Shown here piece by piece: positions 35,843 through 50,205 of a stretch of DNA of 64,000 bases. The position numbers were made by a program, and so were the translations under genes. The stretch covers positions 1-64,000 of the forward strand of contig JAQGDQ010000676.1 of assembly GCA_030141605.1 (NCBI GenBank). Reading direction: 5' to 3'. The notes under the pieces are model-generated. The model saw only the letters and a program-made list of their open reading frames with translations, was not told where the DNA came from and made no database searches. The first letter of the stretch is position 1. Every line of letters begins with the position of its first letter. Source of the stretch: Tubiluchus corallicola (taxonomy: Eukaryota > Animalia > Priapulida).

Positions 35843-37221
35843 CATCATAAACGTTGAAATTTCATTTAATTCAGTCAAGATACAAAAAGAGAAATCTCTT
35901 GCTTTTATTGTATTTCAAATATCCACGGCCGGAGATACTTTAGAAATTTGATCTTCAGTTAGTTTGCGTTCCTCTTTAAATATGTCTAATGGTTACGTTA
36001 ATTACGTTGTGCACTTAATATTTAATTGTAATTTCTTCATTTGGTTGCATTAGGCAGATGGACACAAAGCATTAATATCATCATAGAGCTAATAGAGCAA
36101 GTCCCTCTATATAAGCCTATAGTGCTAAATTATAGTCAATATTATGGTGCACCTAAATTGAATTTATATTGTGCTTCATAAGGTGATTATTGTGCTTTAG
36201 TGCATAGTGCTACTTGTAATAACTATGCTATTCATGTAAATGGTAATATGTAAGTAAACATTTATGATAGTTAACTAACACGATAGATTTGTGAAATTTG
36301 TAATGTGTGAATCATCTCAAGTTATAAATGAATAGAAAAATGTTACTTGAATGAAATAATGATGTATTTTATTATGGCCACATTTTAATCAAATCTTGTC
36401 TGCTTCTTGTTGTTGGTTTGTGCTCCTTTGAAATAGGAAGTACGAATGACTAAATGAAAATGATTAAATGGTCAAAGTAGTGAGACACAAACAATTAAAA
36501 AAATACATATCGAGGTTTACTTTAAAAATGGATAATCGCATAACCCTATGCTAACGACAATCATAAAAAGATTTCTGAGAGTTTCAGTCCTGTTAACCAG
36601 GTTAACCTACCATAGGTCTCTCCCCTGAGTTTTATTAACGTAAAAATCACATACTATAAAACAAATTTTCGATAAAAGTTAAGTAATAACTCACGTTTAC
36701 TAATAGCACAAGTTTGATAATACTGGACGCCCTTGGCTTTGAGTTATTAAAAAAAAGGCTTTATTCATATCTGTGACCTTGACCTTATATGTGGTTCAGT
36801 TAAAAGACGCCAACAAGGATCACTAGGTCCGAATGTGCTAAGGATTCCCTAACAGCATGCCAAATTTCGTGACTCAGATGAAACCATTACTGACTTCATT
36901 AAGGAAAAACTATTTTGATACATAAACTTTACTTAGTTGAAAACTTAAAGTTGATACTGATACAGTGGCGGCTCATGGTAGCGTAAAACAGCAGCACCCC
37001 CTATTTTCATTCAATATTATCTATAATATTCAATACAATAAGTCTTTTCTTCAGTTCTTCATTTATACTTGTGCAGAATCAAAGCACGCGAGGGTAGTAC
37101 TGTTTGCTTCACAGACTAGGGCAGTGCGCTCCAGCAACATGGTGTTTGGCTGCTGTGCACATGTCTGAGCCCAGGTAGAGAAAGTACTGTCGCTCACACA
37201 GTTTGTTATCAGTCGTCACGT
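35843..37221. repeat. ~1.4-kb direct segmental duplication (copy at 39935-41311)
   Basis: Colinear and near-identical from catcat(a/g)aacgttgaaatt to gtcgtcacgtg. Partial extra copies at ~38805-39515. Confidence 0.92.
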
Positions 37222-40200
37222 GATAAAAAACATTATTTCCTACGGTTTCACTGGTAGCTCAGCACCTTGTAATGCAAATAGATTAAAGGATAATACTTGT
37301 TTTTCTAATGTAAGGATAATGCAGATAGATTAAAAGATAATCCATTTTTTCTAATATAAGGATAATGCAGATAGATTAAAAGATAATCCATTTTTTCTAA
37401 TATAAAGATCTTTTCGGAATACGGTGTACACTAAATCCGTTAAGTGCTGAATTTCAGTAATATACAGTGATTGAACAGTATAAAAAAAGTAATATTACCA
37501 AAATTAAATGAAACTGACTCTGAATGCATGGTAATTATAAAAAAGCAACTTTAAAGTAAGAAAGAATCGAATATATTGATGAAATGATACAAATTGGAAT
37601 TTTTTGACATGATATTCTTTTTCTTCATTGTAAATAAATTGCTTGATGAAATGATATGACTGTTCGTAAAATGTTATTGTGCAGAAATGTATATTGGAGT
37701 TTTTTGACTTGATATTCTTTTTCTCCAATGTAAATAAATTGCTTGATGAAATGATATGACTGTTCGTAAAATGTTATTGTGCAGAAATGTATATTGGAGT
37801 TTTTTGACTTGATATTCTTTTTCTCCATTGTAAATAAATTGCTTGATGAAATGATATGACTGTTCGTAAAATGTTATTGTGCAGAAATGTATATTGGAGT
37901 TTTTGACTTGATATTCTTTTTCTCCATTGTAAATAAATTGCTTGATGAAATGATATGACTGTTCGTAAAATGTTATTGTGCAGAAATGTATATTGGAGTT
38001 TTTTGACATGATATTCTTTTTCTTCATTGTAAATAAATTGCTTGATGAAATGATATGACTGTTCGTAAAATGTTATTGTGCAGAAATGTATATTGGAGTT
38101 TTTTGAATTGATATTCTTTTTCTCCATTGTAAATAAATTGCTTGATAAAATGATCACGTGACTGTTCTGAAGTAAAACGGAAAGTTGAAATCGGGCATTA
38201 CTCATATTGTTGATTGAATTTTTCCGTATCTATGCAGTAGAAAGCGCAAGTTAACGCTTACACTTCATATTTTTTGATTAAGCTGAAGCTTTTTTCATAT
38301 TCATTATGTATAAATTTGAGTGGTTTCTTGTAATTTGTGTAATATCTTTTTCATTTTTGTTATATACAGTCCATAAATTCTTTGTGCTGTAAATATCCTT
38401 TATTGTGTAAATATGCATTGGTATATCTGCCTACATAATTATTATTACTGTTAACATTCATATTTTATTTTCGATATTCTTCGAGTAGTAATTTTGAGTA
38501 GTAGCTTTCAATATTTTTTCAAATGCCAAATGTATTGTAAATAAACAATTTTTGTATTTAAACAAATCAGATATTTTTCTTCTGCTTGTATACTCCCATA
38601 AATGGTGTTTAAACTAAATGTATAATTACAGGACAAACGTCCTACTAACGAGAACACAACATTTTAACAACGCATTTAATAACACACCACAAGCAGTTAC
38701 TGGGTCAGCTTTTCATAAGATCCCTATTAAAAACGGGCGATTATTACACGTTTACGGCTGAAACATTTGAAGACCTAAGAGCGATAATAAAAAAGTAAAC
38801 GATGAAAGTGCCAAACAATTATTTGTATATAATTAATCCTCCATCATAAAAATTTCATTTAATTCAGTCAAGGTACAAAAAGAGAAATCTCTTGCTTTTA
38901 TTGTATTTAAAATATCCACAGCCGAAGAAAATTGTTATTTTGCTCGGACTGGGCTTTCTCATAAGATAGCAATTAATTATTATGTTAAGGTAAAGTCAAT
39001 GCTGTTTAAATTGCATTAAAAATCGAAGATGAGAAAGTACAAATCTTATCATGGGGCGTGCGGGGAATAACTTCTACAGAATGCTGTAGGCGCGTGTGTG
39101 ACGTGTGGCTTTGGGATTGGATAAAACCTGTTATGATGGCTACGTCATTCACCGTGTTTTGCTGCTATAGGTACGTAAACAGGAGACGCGCTAGGATCTC
39201 GCGTCATAATTGTAAACCCGGAGAGGTTTCATAACAACAAAACAACTGCGAGTTTTAGACTGCGAAGGGAAGAGAGAAGACATCATAAACGTTGAGATTT
39301 CATTGAATTCAGTCAAGGTACAAAAAAGAGAAATCTCTTGCTTTTATTGTATTTCAAATATTCACGGCCGGAGATACATTAGAAATTTGATCTTCAGTTA
39401 GTTTGCATTCCTCTTTAAATATGTCCGATGGTTACGTTAATTACCTTGTGCACTTAATATTTAATTGTAATTTCTTCATTTGGTTGCATTAGGCAGATGG
39501 ACACAAAGCATTAAAATCATCATGTAGTTAAACACATACACGTGACAGTCTTACATTTCCTGTGATTAGCAAAAAAAAAAGAATTGAAAACTGTCATTTT
39601 GCTCGGATAGGGCTTTCTCATAAGATAAGAATTAAATATTATGTTAAGGTAAAGTCTAATTTGCATTAAAAATCGAAGATGAGAAAGTACGAATCTTGTC
39701 ATGGGGCGTGCGGGGAATAACTTCTACAGAATGCTGTAGCCGCGTGTGTGACGTGTGGCTTTGGGATTGGATAAAAGCTGCTATGATGGCTACGTCAGTC
39801 ACCGTGTTTTGGTGCTACAGGCCCGTAAGCAGGAGACGCGCTAGGATCTCGCGTCATAATTGTAAACCCGGAGAGGTTTCATAACAACAAAACAAGATAC
39901 TGCGAGTTTTAGACTGCGAAGGGAAGAGAGAAGACATCATGAACGTTGAAATTTCATTTAATTCAGTCAAGATACAAAAAGAGAAATCTCTTGCTTTTAT
40001 TGTATTTCAAATATTCACGGCCGGAGATACATTAGAAATTTGATCTTCAGTTAGTTTGCGTTCCTCTTTAAATATGTCCGATGGTTACGTTAATTACGTT
40101 GTGCACTTAATATTTAATTGTAATTTCTTCATTTGGTTGCATTAGGCAGATGGACACAAAGCATTAATATCATCATAGAGCTAATAGAGCAAGTCCCTCT

Positions 40201-41051
40201 ATATAGGCCTATAGTGCTAAATTATAGTTAATATTATGGTGCACCTAAATTGAATTTATATTGTGCTTATAAGGTGATTATTGTGCTTTAGTGCATAGTG
40301 CTACTTGTAATAACTATGCTATTCATGTAAATGGTAATATGTAAGTAAACATTTATGATAGTTAACTAACACGATAGATTTGTGAAATTTGTAATGTGTG
40401 AATCATCTCAAGTTATAAATGAATAGAAAAATGTTACTTGAATGAAATAATGATGTATTTTATTATGGCCACATTTTAATCAAATCTTGTCTGCTTCTTG
40501 TTGTTGGTTTGTGCTCCTTTGAAATAGGAAGTACGAATGACTAAATGAAAATGATTAAATGTTCAAAGTAGTGAGACACAAACAATTAAAGAAATACATA
40601 TCGAGGTTTACTTTAAAAATGGATAATCGCATAACCCTATGCTAACGACAATCATAAAAAGATTTCTGAGAGTTTCAGTCCTGTTAACCAGGTTAACCTA
40701 CCATAGGTCTCTCCCCTGAGTTTTATTAACGTAAAAATCACATACTATAAAACAAATTTTCGATAAAAGTTAAGTAATAACTCACGTTTACTAATAGCAC
40801 AAGTTTGATAATACTGGACGCCCTTGGCTTTGAGTTATTAAAAAAAGCTTTATTCATATCTGTGACCTTGACCTTATCTGTGGTTCAGTTAAAAGACGCC
40901 AACAAGGATCACTAGGTCCGATAGTGCTAAGGATTCCCTAACAGCATGCCAAATTTCGTGACTCAGATGAAACCATTACTGACTTCATTAAGGAAAAACT
41001 ATTTTGATACATAAACTTTACTTAGTTGAAAACTTAAAGTTGATACTGATA

Positions 41052-42011
41052 CAGTGGCGGCTCACGGTAGCGTAAAACAGCAGCACCCCCTATTTTCATT
41101 CAATATTATCTATAATATTCAATACAATAAGTCTTTTCTTCAGTTCTTCATTTATACTTGTGCAGAATCAAAGCACACGAGGGTAGTACTGTTTGCTTCA
41201 CAGACTAGGGCAGTGCGCTCCAGCAACATGGTGTTTGGCTGCTGTGCACATGTCTGAGCCCAGGTAGAGAAAGTACTGTCGCTCACACAGTTTGTTATCA
41301 GTCGTCACGTGCTTACAGTGAATGAATCAAGCTTAAACTGCGACAATTTAGGCTCTTAGTAAGCAAAAAATATTTTTTGTTTAGGATTTTATGAAATTTA
41401 TGTATAAATTTTTCAATGTTTGTTTGTTTAAAATTACAATCACGACATGAAAATTACTGTATTTTCCCGTGTATAAGAGACCCTTTTTTGCTCAGAATTT
41501 TCACTTGGGAGTAAGTCTTTTCAATAAGATGCATAAATTGTGACACTAATGATTTTAAAGAAATAAGTGCTCTACAACTGTTTTATTTCGAATAATTATA
41601 GTTTCCTTTCAATAAATCTTCTCCATGGCTAAATTCTAATGATAAAATTAATGTACCGGGTAAGTTATTATTTTTTTAAATGTCAAAAGAGGACAATGCC
41701 ATTTTTGAGCAGAGTGACTCCTCTGATGATGAACTGGCTGGAATTGCTGAAGGTCTGACTCCAGTTGATATTTTTGATGAGAGTGATGAGGAATTTAATG
41801 ATTTCTATGATGAATAAAGTTACTCATTACCAAAAAACTTTTTTCCAGAATTTTTGCCTAAAAATTGAAGGGGTCTCTTATACACAAGGGTCTCTTATAC
41901 ATGGGAAAATACGGTACATATGTCTCTTTTATTTTACACAGTATTAAAACAAGGGCTAAACATTTTCTGAAAGAGGAGCACCTCTCTAATTTTTGCTATG
42001 AGTCACCATTG
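41052..42011. mobile_element. hAT-like non-autonomous element (family also at 36963 and 51641-53196)
   Basis: Ends cagtggcggctca / tgagtcaccattg. Internal sequence is shared with the 51641 element. Confidence 0.65.
41457..41914 (+). mobile_element. pogo/Tc1-type MITE nested in the previous element
   Basis: TA flanks, TIRs ctgtattttcccgtgtataagagaccc / gggtctcttatacatgggaaaatacgg. Acidic C-terminal remnant EDNAIFEQSDSSDDE. Confidence 0.75.
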
Positions 42012-42086
42012 TACTATAGGCTAACATGCTAAAAAGCGCACTTACACTAGCATACTGCAGGTGGATTTACAAGGAAGACTTATTCA

Positions 42087-42210
42087 CAGGGCACTTTATT
42101 TATGACTTTTCTTGCAAAATAGTCATAAATAGTCATAAATAAAATCTGAAATTAGTATTAAATAAGCTATTTATGCAATTTATGACTAAAGTCATAAATA
42201 AAGTGCCCTG
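42087..42210. mobile_element. 124-bp hAT-type MITE
   Basis: TIRs cagggcactttatttatgactt / aagtcataaataaagtgccctg with a perfect 8-bp TSD cttattca. Confidence 0.9.
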
Positions 42211-45200
42211 CTTATTCAGCTGGAAGCCGCAATATGCACTTACAATCTTAATCTTATGCAGCATTTCTTTATATTTTCAGCCCTGGTTTATTTAGATCCA
42301 AATTTTTACCCTTTGTGAAGCCATTTTTGTACTTTTGCTCAGATGCGCATGAAAATCTCATTGCGATCACTTTTAACTTAAAGGAAAAACCAACCCTTGA
42401 ACAACATTTATTACATTTTAATACAGATTTGAAAATATTGAAATCACCACACAAAATATGTGCATAAAATGCCTTGCTTAAAAATGCAAAAGAAATTTAA
42501 ATATTTTTTTCTCCCGCTGCCGACATGTTTGCTGAAAATTTCTAAAATGTTTCTCAAATACTAAAACTGGCTCAGTTTGTCGCGAGTGACTCTAGAGGAA
42601 TTATTTTGTGACACGTAGGAACACAGTAGTAAGTAGTCTGTTAAGCAGACAGCATGTGGCAAACACGACTGTATCATTGCTTTCGTCTTAATTTTTGTAA
42701 TACTTTGTGTTTTATAGAAAATTCAACTTTCTGTTGCTATTGTCACGGATTCCCGTGATTGAGTTCTACTCTGCTGTTAGACCTTTCATTTACAGTATTG
42801 CAAACTAGTTTATTCCGGTTCCTACAACCTTTGCAAATCTACCTAGAGTCATTTAATTAGGTTAACCTTGAATTATTTATACGGGCTTCATTCTAAAGTT
42901 ATAAATTCCTTCGTCACCCTTGTACAGGTGACCATTTGACGCTTGCTATTCTTACAAGCAAATGTCATATGATCTGCCTAATTCGTTAGGTTATTTTTTT
43001 CTCTTTTCAACAGTTTTTATAGTTATGTGCTGATTTGTGCGTTATATATGTAGCATTGGTACACTGTGTTTATAGTATTAACTATGAGATAGAGTGAATA
43101 ATTATCTATGATTGGTTCTCCTGTTATGGTAGAAAGTAATAATGTAAATGCGCCAAATCATGTAAGTTGAAATAAATTATATTCTGGGTGGCCACTCTTT
43201 TAATCAAATAGTTGTGCGGTTTTTATTAAAAGTCAAGAATTAATCTAAATTATATATTTCAATAGCAGCATACCATTTTAATTAACAACTCGTAAACTTA
43301 AGCGTTATGCACCTTTTTCTATAAAAACAAATTAGACTAAATACATTCCCACGTATTTGTTTAATTCTAATCAACAAATTAAGAACCAGGTCGATGTCTA
43401 TCCCACAAACTTCTGAAAAAGTGAGCATTTTTCACAGCTATTAAATCTTGAGTTACGTTAATTTCTGTGAACTAAAACAATCACCTATAATAGGAAGCCT
43501 GGACGCCATGAAAGAAAAAATAACAAACACTTGGTGGACTTTACTTTGCGTTCTTCGCATTGAGCGCACAGAATTGTGGGTATGATTCGGATTTTGCACA
43601 TAGGACTATGGGTACGCGCGAAATTCTACCAAGAACAGAAAATGGCTGCTGCATACAAGACTGTTGTAGTATCCAATGTGAATGATTGCGTTCGAATGAT
43701 CGAACAACATGAATTAGATACAACTCATTATGTAGTTGAGTCGCAGCAGAAGCGATTTCCTACACAACTTCCCGGCATCTTGGCTTGTGCTTTAAACTTA
43801 TTGAAAGAATTCTTGCTACATAAACAATAACAAAAATAAGTTTTGATAAAAAAGGTACTTAGCTTTTCAGCTTCGCCTTTGTTGGTTGCACCAATGTCTT
43901 TAATGGAGTAGAAAACGTATCCGTCTGATCTTTAATGAGAATTTTTGCTTCTGAAATCTTCTGTTGTTTCCTACTAAAAAAAAATCGATCAATAATAAAC
44001 AAGTTTCAACACATTTAAAAATTATAATTTATACATACTCGACTAAGGTGTATGCAGTTAATATTTCCATATTTTTTGCACAAAATTCCACAAGGAGACT
44101 GATTTTTCATTGCTAATAGCTGTGTTGCATTCATTTCTTATGATGCAGTTGGCTACAATTACTTATCCGCCATGCAGCATGTGTATACTGACAGCATAAC
44201 AGCGGACAAAGAAAAACAGTGTCTTTTGGAGCTTTTGTGAAAATAAGTTGAATAAAAAATTTAGTTGAATAGTAGAGATTGGGCAGAAGAAACAAAACAG
44301 CCTCTTTATGCTGCCTTCGTTGGAACTGCAAAAAAGTATAGCGAGTTTAGCATTACAACGAGCTGATTTAAAGCAAGACAGGACGATTTTTCATAATTAT
44401 ACTACGCCATTTTCGAGTCGATCTATAAAGTAGTATACATCTTAATACAATGCTGCCAAAGCGTTTCTGATAAATAATAGATTAAAAACTTAATTAATGG
44501 CAGGCGAGCCCAACTTACCTTAATAAATAATGAGCCAATTTCAACAATTTACCGATGCCTACGTGTTCGACTTCCAGCTCCCTTACCATGTCTGAACAAA
44601 AAAAAGAATCCAGTGTAGGGCGCCGCGTAACCCACTTGCCCAAATAGGACACTTCCGGGAAAAGGCATATGCCAAATTTGATACTTCCGGGAAAAGCAGT
44701 TTCATACACATGGGCAGCCCAAGTAGGGCAGTAGCGATTTCTGTCGGGAATCGAGATTTATGACATACTAAAACATAAAAGTAAATTTGTTTTAGAAAAA
44801 AGGAAATGATGGACAGTCCTTGACAATTTACAAATGTATTTTTACAACAATATCATCATAACATTAAACTAAGTATCTAATGCTTTAAAGAGAGAAACTA
44901 TGTAGGGCACATAACTCACTAACTCGTTTACTTAGTAGAAAAACAATTATTTGTCCAAGAGGGAGTGAAAGGCATCACCTGCCTGTCTATGAAACAAGAC
45001 AAAATAAAAAATGATATACCTTAATCAAATGTTGGAATCAGCTAAAAGTGTGCTTATTTCACTTCAAAGAAGATTAATATTGGCAAATATTCATTCTTCT
45101 AGTTCCGAATAAAATTCTTTTCTTTTATCAGATGTATAATAAATTATTCAACGTCTACTGACGTTTTTAATTATTATTCCATAAATTAGAACGACGGACG

Positions 45201-46210
45201 GTGCCAGTACGACTTAACGACTCAATTCGCGACCTGTCTCCAGTGTCCTACTTGGGCTAGTGGATTACTCGGCGCCCAACGTCCAACACGTACATTTTCA
45301 CGTTAAACGCCACGTTGACAATGTAATGTGTCACGTGACTGTGACAGTTTAACGTAGGTGCCGAAAGGGGTCAACTAAACGACTTTACGAAATTCCAGCC
45401 TTTTCCCGCGCCTGCTCGGTACGACTGTCACAATCGCTTCAGAGGCCAAGTTATCAAACAATCGAAACGATACGAAAAAGACTATTGTAAGCATAATTAT
45501 AACGACAAAATGAACTACCATATTAAAATATTCTCATTTAATTGCCATAATAACATAAAGTCAGATTCGACTTAATTTTTGAGCACAATGATCACTATTA
45601 CGCAAGCCTGGAACAGGAAACAACCTGTGTTGTCAATCAATGTTAGCTCCAAGTTACACTGAAAAGCACAGTTACACACATAAAATTACAATCATGTGAA
45701 CACCTGCCACTTGATTCTGCATGATTTGTTTTTTTTACGAAATTAGAAATTTATTAAGGAAGTACAAAAATTTGATGATCTATAAAATTAGCAAAGTACG
45801 CCAGTGTTGTGAAAATTAATGTATGCTGAGTCAACCAACAGCATAGTGGGCCACTAGATACTATGCCTTCGCTAATTCTCTTAACACAACTTGTTAATGA
45901 GTTAGATAAAAATTGTGTTGTTATCTGCTAGAAAAAACAATTAAATTACTTATTTTGTGAGTAATGGACAAATGTAGCATTAATATCTTTACTATTTACA
46001 GTGATGTATACATGTACTGATAACAAACCCTTGTACTACCTGTGCAATTATTAGGTGTCAAAGTAAGTTGAGCACACTTCACCAACATCCCAGAGCAACA
46101 ACAACAACAGCAATAGGAATGAAAAGAACGTTGACTTCTAGTGTCGTGCTTCTCATTCCTGCTGTGTCTAGAATTACAGTCATTGTGTGTGGGTCTATGA
46201 GTAAGTGCTT

Positions 46211-46220
46211 GTGTGTGAAG

Positions 46221-46312
<92 letters not shown>

Positions 46313-46366
46313 ATGTGTGTGCATGCGTGCATGTATGTATGTATGTATGTATGCATGCATGTATGT
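46211..46366. repeat. (TG)n/(TATG)n microsatellite
   Basis: Seen directly in the sequence. Confidence 0.95.
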
Positions 46367-47433
46367 ATTGTATATATCTTATGCAGTTCATTGACAAATA
46401 ATTTCAAAAAAGTGTAGAACATCAAAAAATCGTCCTGTTTTCCTTTAAATAATTGTAATTTCTTTCCATGAGGCACGACAGATGTCGGAAGGTATACTTG
46501 ACAGAATTTCACCTTGCAAACTCTAATAATTCAACAGCTACAGTCTAAAAGTGGCTGAAATTCCTAAATTACTAGGCAGTGAATTCAGAAGCAATTTATT
46601 CCATAAAAAAGCTTTATGATTCAGCAGAAACACCTGCTAGCGATGTAGTGGAACGGCAGGCTGAAGTGCCATAAAGTTTTACAGCCTAGACACAACACGC
46701 AGAGTTCAAACTGCTGCACATGGAGAGCCTGCAATGTTGAAAAGTGATTTGATTAGCAAAAGCTTTGCTGTCAGCATCCAATGTTACAGTCATATATGTC
46801 ATCATCATTTTATATTCCATCCTGTGGCACTAATGATCATATATGAGCTTCATTCATTACACCACTTCATTCTGTAGCACTAATGTTTTCTTTATCATAC
46901 GATTCACTTCAAATTTTCAGATTATTTCCATTATTTTTTTATCTTTCACAGTGTGGGACAATCTAACAAGCCCTGCTTTTTCATTGCCCGCAACACATTT
47001 ACATTTGTATATATATACAATTATATATATAGCAAACCTAAACTATGGTATATCTAAACTAGTTATGTGCTCAAAGTAAACTGCATACGAATTTACTAAG
47101 CAACATACAACAGCGATAATTCTCTTGTTTATCTCTCACCCCCACAGTGTTTTGAGAGTCAAGTTAGTATATTTGTCATGATACTGTACATAACGTTGTC
47201 TAGACACCAGTATTAAAGGAAGTAGCGATATCACTATGTTTGTTTACCATAGGTTGACCTACGTCTAAAGACATTTTTTCCAAAATTTGCTTCCTATTAT
47301 GTATCTTACTGTTTCTTATTCATTGAATTATTGATAACTTTTTGTATCTTTTAATGTATTAATTGTGTATTTGTGTTGATGTGAAATAAAAAAATAAACA
47401 GTCATGCTAGACTGAGTCTATATTTTAAATATA

Positions 47434-48230
47434 CAGGGTGTTTCAAAAGTCACTATAGCATGCTTTGATTTCAAATTTTGTTTAAACTTTTGTCTAATTT
47501 CGGCAAGCTCCTGCAAGAATCCAAAAACCCTGTTGCCATGGCAACGACAGCGAAAAAGATGAGATGCAAAATCAACCTGGCACGAGGACCTTCGATGTCC
47601 AACTAGAGTTTAGCTGAAAGTGACGTCACTGGACCACGCTGTTTTTGCATTATTAATGACGTAGTTTTTTGACAAGGCTCAGCCCTTCCAGCACTGATGA
47701 GTTGTGGTTAGGGTGAGCGTTCTCTACCAGAAACCGAATTCGAATCAAATCGAATTTGTGACTTTCGAATTCAAATCGAACCGTTCTTCTTCAGTATTTC
47801 GAATTCGACTGGAATTCGAATTGAGATTGAAAGATTTTCGAACCGCCAATCAAAATTGTTCTTACAAAGTCATGCATATTACTCGATTTTGTTCTGCAGT
47901 AAAATCACTAATAATTTAAATCACTAAAATCACTAATAATCACTAAAATCACTACTAATTGTGCCCAAAAGTCACAGCCAAATGATGCACACTGCATGAT
48001 GTTTCAATCTTTTTAATGATAACAAACATATGTGATTGAAGTGCTGAATTATTCGAATCTATAGTTTTAGGTTCGAATCGAATTCGAACTAAAAAAACTG
48101 GTTTGAATCGAATTCGAAGGTTCGATACTCACCCCTAGTTGTGCTCGACCTGTCACTGGTTAGATTGGTCCTGAAGCTTTTGAGCTCCCTGAAGAAGCTA
48201 GTGAAAATAGCAAACTTATGAGACACCCTG
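47434..48230. mobile_element. Tc1/mariner-type MITE
   Basis: TA-flanked ends cagggtgtttcaaaagt / acttatgagacaccctg. Confidence 0.7.
47709..48137. mobile_element. hAT-type MITE with TAGGG termini nested in the mariner MITE
   Basis: Ends tagggtgag / ctcaccccta, TSD gttgtggt/gttgtgct, ttcgaa-rich subterminal repeats. Confidence 0.8.
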
Positions 48231-49566
48231 TATATATTACCATCTGCTCAAACTTTTAGTTCATCTGTACCAATTTTCAAACATTTTGTTTGCAAAAAAA
48301 ATATAGAAAAGCTGAACTGTATAGCAAACTTATGAATCACCCTGTATACATTACCACCTGCCTCTCACATAAATAATACATGTATATTCTCACTCACAGT
48401 ATGGCAATCAATAAGGCCACATGCTCTGATATCATGCACATTTTGTTATCGTCATATTCACACGTATATCTGCAACCCAAGAGCCTGATTTTTTACATGT
48501 AGACAATATATGTGCATGAGAGAATTGATTGCATCGTATGTGAGCAAGTGTGAGAGTTTGTGCAGACATAATTAGTACCTGTCCTTCGCATCTGTGTTTT
48601 TTCTTCTTTTAATCTTGAGATTCAGTCATCCTTGGCTTTTGTATGCCAATCCCACTTTTACAGCATCTAAATTTTGAAAAGTGTCCATGTAATGATGTAT
48701 TATTATTCTCTTCAATAACTTTCACCCATCTGTTCATTTTCGGGATTTTATCACCATTTCTTTCTTTAAATCATCTTTTTTCTGTTCATTCAAGCCATTT
48801 ATTAAATTAACACTGCGCACGTTTTCTTACAGTGTTGACTTGATATGTTTTCGTGTGCTGACAATTAGTTATCACAAGTTATAAACAAATATGTAATTAG
48901 CTTACTATAGATTATTACAAACACATTGGGCGTGTTAATCAATAGGCTAACTAGGCTACAGCCAAGGGCTCCAAAGTTTAATTGGCGCCACATTTTAGAG
49001 GAAATTCGTATTGTCCTCGGAAAATGTGTATACTTTCATATAAATATATTGTATCTATATCTCGTATATATATCATATATTGTAAAGCAGGCATTTTGTA
49101 ACACACCACAGACAGTTACTGAGCACATATTTCATATAGAAGTCAGGTAGCAAACAGATGCAAGGTATTACACAACAAGCAGTTGCTCAGCCTGCTTGTA
49201 CATAAGCGCTATGCAAATACATGTAATTAATAATGACCACATAAAAAGTTATTTAATGCGTTTCTAATACACCACAAATAATGTTTAATCCGCTCATTAT
49301 ATAGATAACCATAAATTCACAACAGGGACGGGTGAGACGGAACTATCAGCCTAAAGAAGGGGTGTGCAAACTTACAAGACCGATGTCACTGTCAGACATG
49401 ACGTTGCTCACTTGGAACACAAACAGCGATGTAATCACAGAACACCGCAAACTACCACGGAAGCCGCCATGAAAACACTCAAATGTGCAAGAAATGCGAA
49501 AGGCAATCTGATTGGCTGGCAGGAAGACCAATTAGCCAATCTCTAGGCTTCTATTAATCGGGCCTG

Positions 49567-49711
49567 TTGGCGTGTCCAGCGTCTTCTTGGTCATACCACG
49601 TAGAACATTTTGACTTGGGTATTTTACAAAATAAATTATAAATAAAATTATAAAATAACCAAGTCAAAATGATCTACCTACTATGACCAAGAAGACGACT
49701 GGGCAGACCAA
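49567..49711. repeat. Palindromic foldback (about 145 bp), MITE-like
   Basis: cgtcttcttggtcata..gtagaacattttgacttgg pairs with ccaagtcaaaatgatctac..tatgaccaagaagacg. Confidence 0.75.
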
Positions 49712-49914
49712 TTTGTAAGTAGCCAGCAAGCTGAAAAAGTGTGGTCGCCCCTGATATAACGGGGATTCCCAGATTCTATTTTCAGCTTAGGCTCAGTAGT
49801 ACACGCCTCAATCAGTGGCTATTTCATCGTCTCATCAGATGTAGTGTTCCTATAGATCAGAATCATGGATAAGAAAAAGAGGAAGATTGAAGAAGAACAG
49901 CGAGTCAAGACTGA

Positions 49915-50205
49915 CTAATATGCACTGTACTACACAGACTGTGTGATACACATTACTAATATGCATTGTAATGAAATTACCACTATCTGTCGTGAAAGTA
50001 GAAATATATGGTTTTTAATATAAATTTTAATAACTCCTAAAATAGTTTCTTGAGTGTAGTAGTAATGATGTGCGCAAATCGAATGCAAAAAAAATCGTTA
50101 TCAGGTCCTACTGTATTTGGCTCCTTGACCAAACTGCACGTGGCCCACAGGAATTGCTGGAATGTTTAACGTGGCCCAGCTAGTCAGTTAATTTGCACAC
50201 CCCTG
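49915..50205 (-). mobile_element. Inverted partial copy of the 52606-53128 MITE
   Basis: Reverse complement of ~52606-52925, ending atttgcacacccctg. Confidence 0.8.

Noticed and set aside
34323-38205. Repeated MEKKNIKSKNSNIHFC ORFs
   Set aside because: Translations of an AT-rich 100-bp tandem repeat with no domain signature.
46000-46205. Exon-like segment ending in gtaagt before the (TG)n tract
   Set aside because: No frame open from a plausible acceptor and no recognisable motif.
45996-46512. ORFs with poly-HT or poly-CV (also 30698-31104)
   Set aside because: Translations of (TG)n/(TATG)n microsatellites.
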